Shown one piece after another: positions 62,477-64,000 of a stretch of DNA of 64,000 nt. The translations under genes and the position numbers were made by a program. Origin of the DNA: a virus; IMG/VR virus record IMGVR_UViG_3300021963_000021, positions 299,944 through 363,943 of that record; one strand, given 5' to 3'. How positions within the stretch are numbered: the first letter of the stretch is position 1; the number at the start of each line of letters is the position of its first letter. Below the pieces are notes generated by a model, which did no database searches, was not told the origin of the DNA, and saw nothing but the letters and a program-made list of their open reading frames with translations.

Positions 62477-62616
62477 TGCCCTACACTGTTGTTTACCCAA
62501 ATGGCCGTCAACAGCAGTTCTACATCAGATCAGTGGCTGACATGTACGCAGCAGTCAATGGGGGACGTGTTGTAGGGCCGCCACAGTTGAAATTGGTTGA
62601 CAAACGGGCTGCTTGA
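62473..62616 (+). CDS. hypothetical small protein (47 aa)
   Basis: ATGA overlap with the upstream ORF (MMPYTVVYPNGRQQQFY...). Confidence 0.3.
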   Translation: MMPYTVVYPNGRQQQFYIRSVADMYAAVNGGRVVGPPQLKLVDKRAA

Positions 62617-62625
62617 TCATATAAT
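62597..62625 (+). promoter_or_regulatory. sigma70-consensus early promoter
   Basis: TTGACAaacgggctgcttgatcaTATAAT. Confidence 0.7.
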
Positions 62626-62652
62626 ACACACACTGAAACAAAGGAGCGAACC

Positions 62653-62862
62653 ATGAAGAACCCAATACAGAAAAACGGCTTTTTTGCCACTCCAGACTCA
62701 ATGCAGGCCCTGGAAGATCAGATCATGGCATTCACTGGTCAGGAACGTATGGTAGCAATGACCGCAGCACTGATGGCTCTGAATCTAGCCAGCAAAATGG
62801 TTGACGAAGCTATCCAAAACCAGTATAATACAAACACTGAAACACGCACACAAGGAGCCTAA
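62653..62862 (+). CDS. hypothetical protein
   Basis: 69 aa, RBS AAAGGAGCGAACCATG. Contains the next promoter in its 3' end. Confidence 0.4.
   Translation: MKNPIQKNGFFATPDSMQALEDQIMAFTGQERMVAMTAALMALNLASKMVDEAIQNQYNTNTETRTQGA
62801..62829 (+). promoter_or_regulatory. sigma70-like promoter (TTGACG-17-TATAAT) inside coding sequence
   Basis: Drives the 62864 ORF. Confidence 0.5.
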
Positions 62863-62863
62863 C

Positions 62864-63049
62864 ATGTCAGAACGTTCAGCAATGTTTCTCTTGGTCACGG
62901 GCATACTGGTAACAGCATTCGGCGTAGGCGGCATTGAGTCTAGCTTGGATGATCAAGGACTGTTAGCTGGGGTAGCTGTCAGTGCCGTGGGCCTATTGAT
63001 CATGTGGTCGGGCACACTGGGTCTGCGCAACGCAGATCTTTATCGTTAA
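62864..63049 (+). CDS. hypothetical small membrane protein
   Basis: 61 aa with two TM helices (MSERSAMFLLVTGILVTAFGVGG...). Confidence 0.35.
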   Translation: MSERSAMFLLVTGILVTAFGVGGIESSLDDQGLLAGVAVSAVGLLIMWSGTLGLRNADLYR

Positions 63050-63058
63050 GGAGCTGCT

Positions 63059-63346
63059 ATGAGACAACTGATCACAGCGATCATCCTCGCAACAGTAGCG
63101 GTAACAGCACAGGCGGCAGAACTTACCCCTACTCAGCAGCGTTGGTTGTATGTATATAACGAACAGATAGCCAAAGTTAAGTTTGCTATTCAAGTACAGA
63201 ACAATGATGCGATCTGTATGGGGATGAATGTAGCTAAAGAGGCGGCGCTGAACATAGGAGATAAATCCTTCTATGAGAGTCACATTAAGCTAATGAAGAA
63301 TCTACGTGATCGCGGGGCCCTATGCTACGGGTGGAGTTCGTTGTAA
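63059..63346 (+). CDS. hypothetical secreted protein
   Basis: 95 aa with a signal-peptide-like N-terminus (MRQLITAIILATVAVTAQA). Confidence 0.35.
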   Translation: MRQLITAIILATVAVTAQAAELTPTQQRWLYVYNEQIAKVKFAIQVQNNDAICMGMNVAKEAALNIGDKSFYESHIKLMKNLRDRGALCYGWSSL

Positions 63347-63364
63347 AAATACAACAACAAATTG

Positions 63365-63393
63365 GTTGACAGGGTGCCTGTTTGAGCTTATAA
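63365..63393 (+). promoter_or_regulatory. sigma70-consensus early promoter
   Basis: TTGACAgggtgcctgtttgagctTATAAT. Confidence 0.7.
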
Positions 63394-63424
63394 TATACGC
63401 ATACTAAGAAATTAGGAGCGAACT

Positions 63425-63739
63425 ATGAAGCTGGAGAACCGCAGGCACATCGTGTATGCTATCAACATAGCAGGTGCTCAGTACATAGGCTGTACCAATG
63501 TAGAGCCCCGTCTGGGAGTAGCTGGTAGCCTAGCACGACGCATAGCCAAGCACTGGTATAGACTCAAGGATGAGCGCAGAAGCAAGTGGGCACTGTATCA
63601 GGCATTGGCCACACTGCCCTGTAAGGAAGCAGTACCAGCAGAAGTCATAGTGGTAGCCGCTAGCAAAGCAGAGGGCCATGCTGAAGAGCAAAGGCTAATT
63701 AAGTTATTGGATCCCAAATTGAATTCAGACAAGGACTGA
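63425..63739 (+). CDS. GIY-YIG domain protein
   Basis: 104 aa. HIVYAINIAGAQYIGCT matches the GIY-x(8-11)-YIG motif. Confidence 0.45.
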   Translation: MKLENRRHIVYAINIAGAQYIGCTNVEPRLGVAGSLARRIAKHWYRLKDERRSKWALYQALATLPCKEAVPAEVIVVAASKAEGHAEEQRLIKLLDPKLNSDKD

Positions 63740-63741
63740 TA

Positions 63742-64000
63742 TGAATGACAAAGACTACACCGAGTACGACAATCAAGAAGAAGCAGAGATAGCACAGATA
63801 GCTAACTTGAATGCCAACACTGCTGCTATCAACGCAGCACGTAGACAGCTAGCCAAGCAGGCCGAGCAGCCCAGCGCAGAAGAGTGCGAGGACTGCGGCG
63901 AGGACATCCCCAAGGCACGTCGAGAGATGATCTTAGGCGTACAACGCTGCGTCTCATGCCAGGACATATGGGAACGACGCCGAAGGATGTACGGCACTGG
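63742..64000 (+). CDS. DksA/TraR-family C4 zinc-finger protein (partial, runs off window end)
   Basis: MNDKDYTEYD...CEDCGEDIPKARREMILGVQRCVSCQ matches the DksA/TraR CxxC-x17-CxxC finger. Confidence 0.5.

Noticed and set aside
49489-63393. Regularly recurring ~29-bp GGTTGACA...TATAAT elements considered as a possible CRISPR-like repeat array
   Set aside because: Repeat units are promoter hexamers with non-conserved 17-nt spacers. Inter-repeat distances range from 200 to 1200 bp and contain ORFs with RBSs. There are no cas genes. They are sigma70 promoters, not CRISPR repeats.
1-64000. Genome-wide TAG-to-amino-acid recoding, prompted by the CUA-anticodon tRNA
   Set aside because: Very long ORFs (1252, 778 and 540 aa) are uninterrupted. 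At least one well-packed gene (882..1178) terminates with TAG directly before the next gene's ATG. Only gene-specific readthrough remains plausible.

Overview
This 64-kb window looks like part of a large T4-like (Straboviridae-type) virulent phage genome; the assignment is an inference from promoter architecture and gene content.

Layout:
- **1-28.2 kb, minus strand:** one long block of late/structural genes: PAAR-like spike fragment, 1252-aa tail fibre, depolymerase-like tail fibre/tailspike and many hypothetical virion proteins. Several carry T4-type late-promoter boxes (TATAAATA) and rho-independent terminators. A nrdA-sod-aldolase-nrdB-glutaredoxin operon also sits here.
- **28.2-64 kb, mostly plus strand:** early/middle genes behind about 28 near-consensus sigma70 promoters (TTGACA-N17-TATAAT). 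About 20 of them form a dense array at 49.5-63.4 kb, with CA-rich leaders and a conserved AGGAGCGA ribosome-binding site (RBS), driving many small ORFs.

Notable cargo:
- **Auxiliary metabolic genes:** 5-aminolevulinate synthase (hemA-type), ClpP, Fe/Mn superoxide dismutase, class II aldolase, a CobS/CobT-like MoxR-VWA pair and an AlgH/YqgE-like protein.
- **Late-promoter-driven TerC-family membrane protein** whose leader resembles a yybP-ykoY Mn riboswitch.
- **Candidate restriction-modification cassette:** PD-(D/E)xK nuclease, N6A/N4C DNA methyltransferase and a DGQHR/ParB-like protein, bracketed by two HNH endonucleases.
- **tRNA cassette:** a truncated TilS-like lysidine synthetase followed by tRNA-Ile(CAU) and tRNA-Leu(UAA), plus a separate tRNA with anticodon CUA (amber-suppressor-like).
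- **Repair/replication enzymes:** ATP-dependent DNA ligase and a second KxDG ligase-like protein next to a Pol-beta nucleotidyltransferase.
- **Other:** SPFH lipoprotein, spanin-like pair, secreted non-specific nuclease and an exact 11-mer (GGCCCCGCTGC) present four times.

No CRISPR array, integrase or transposase was seen. Coordinates of non-track elements are approximate (+/- 2 nt).
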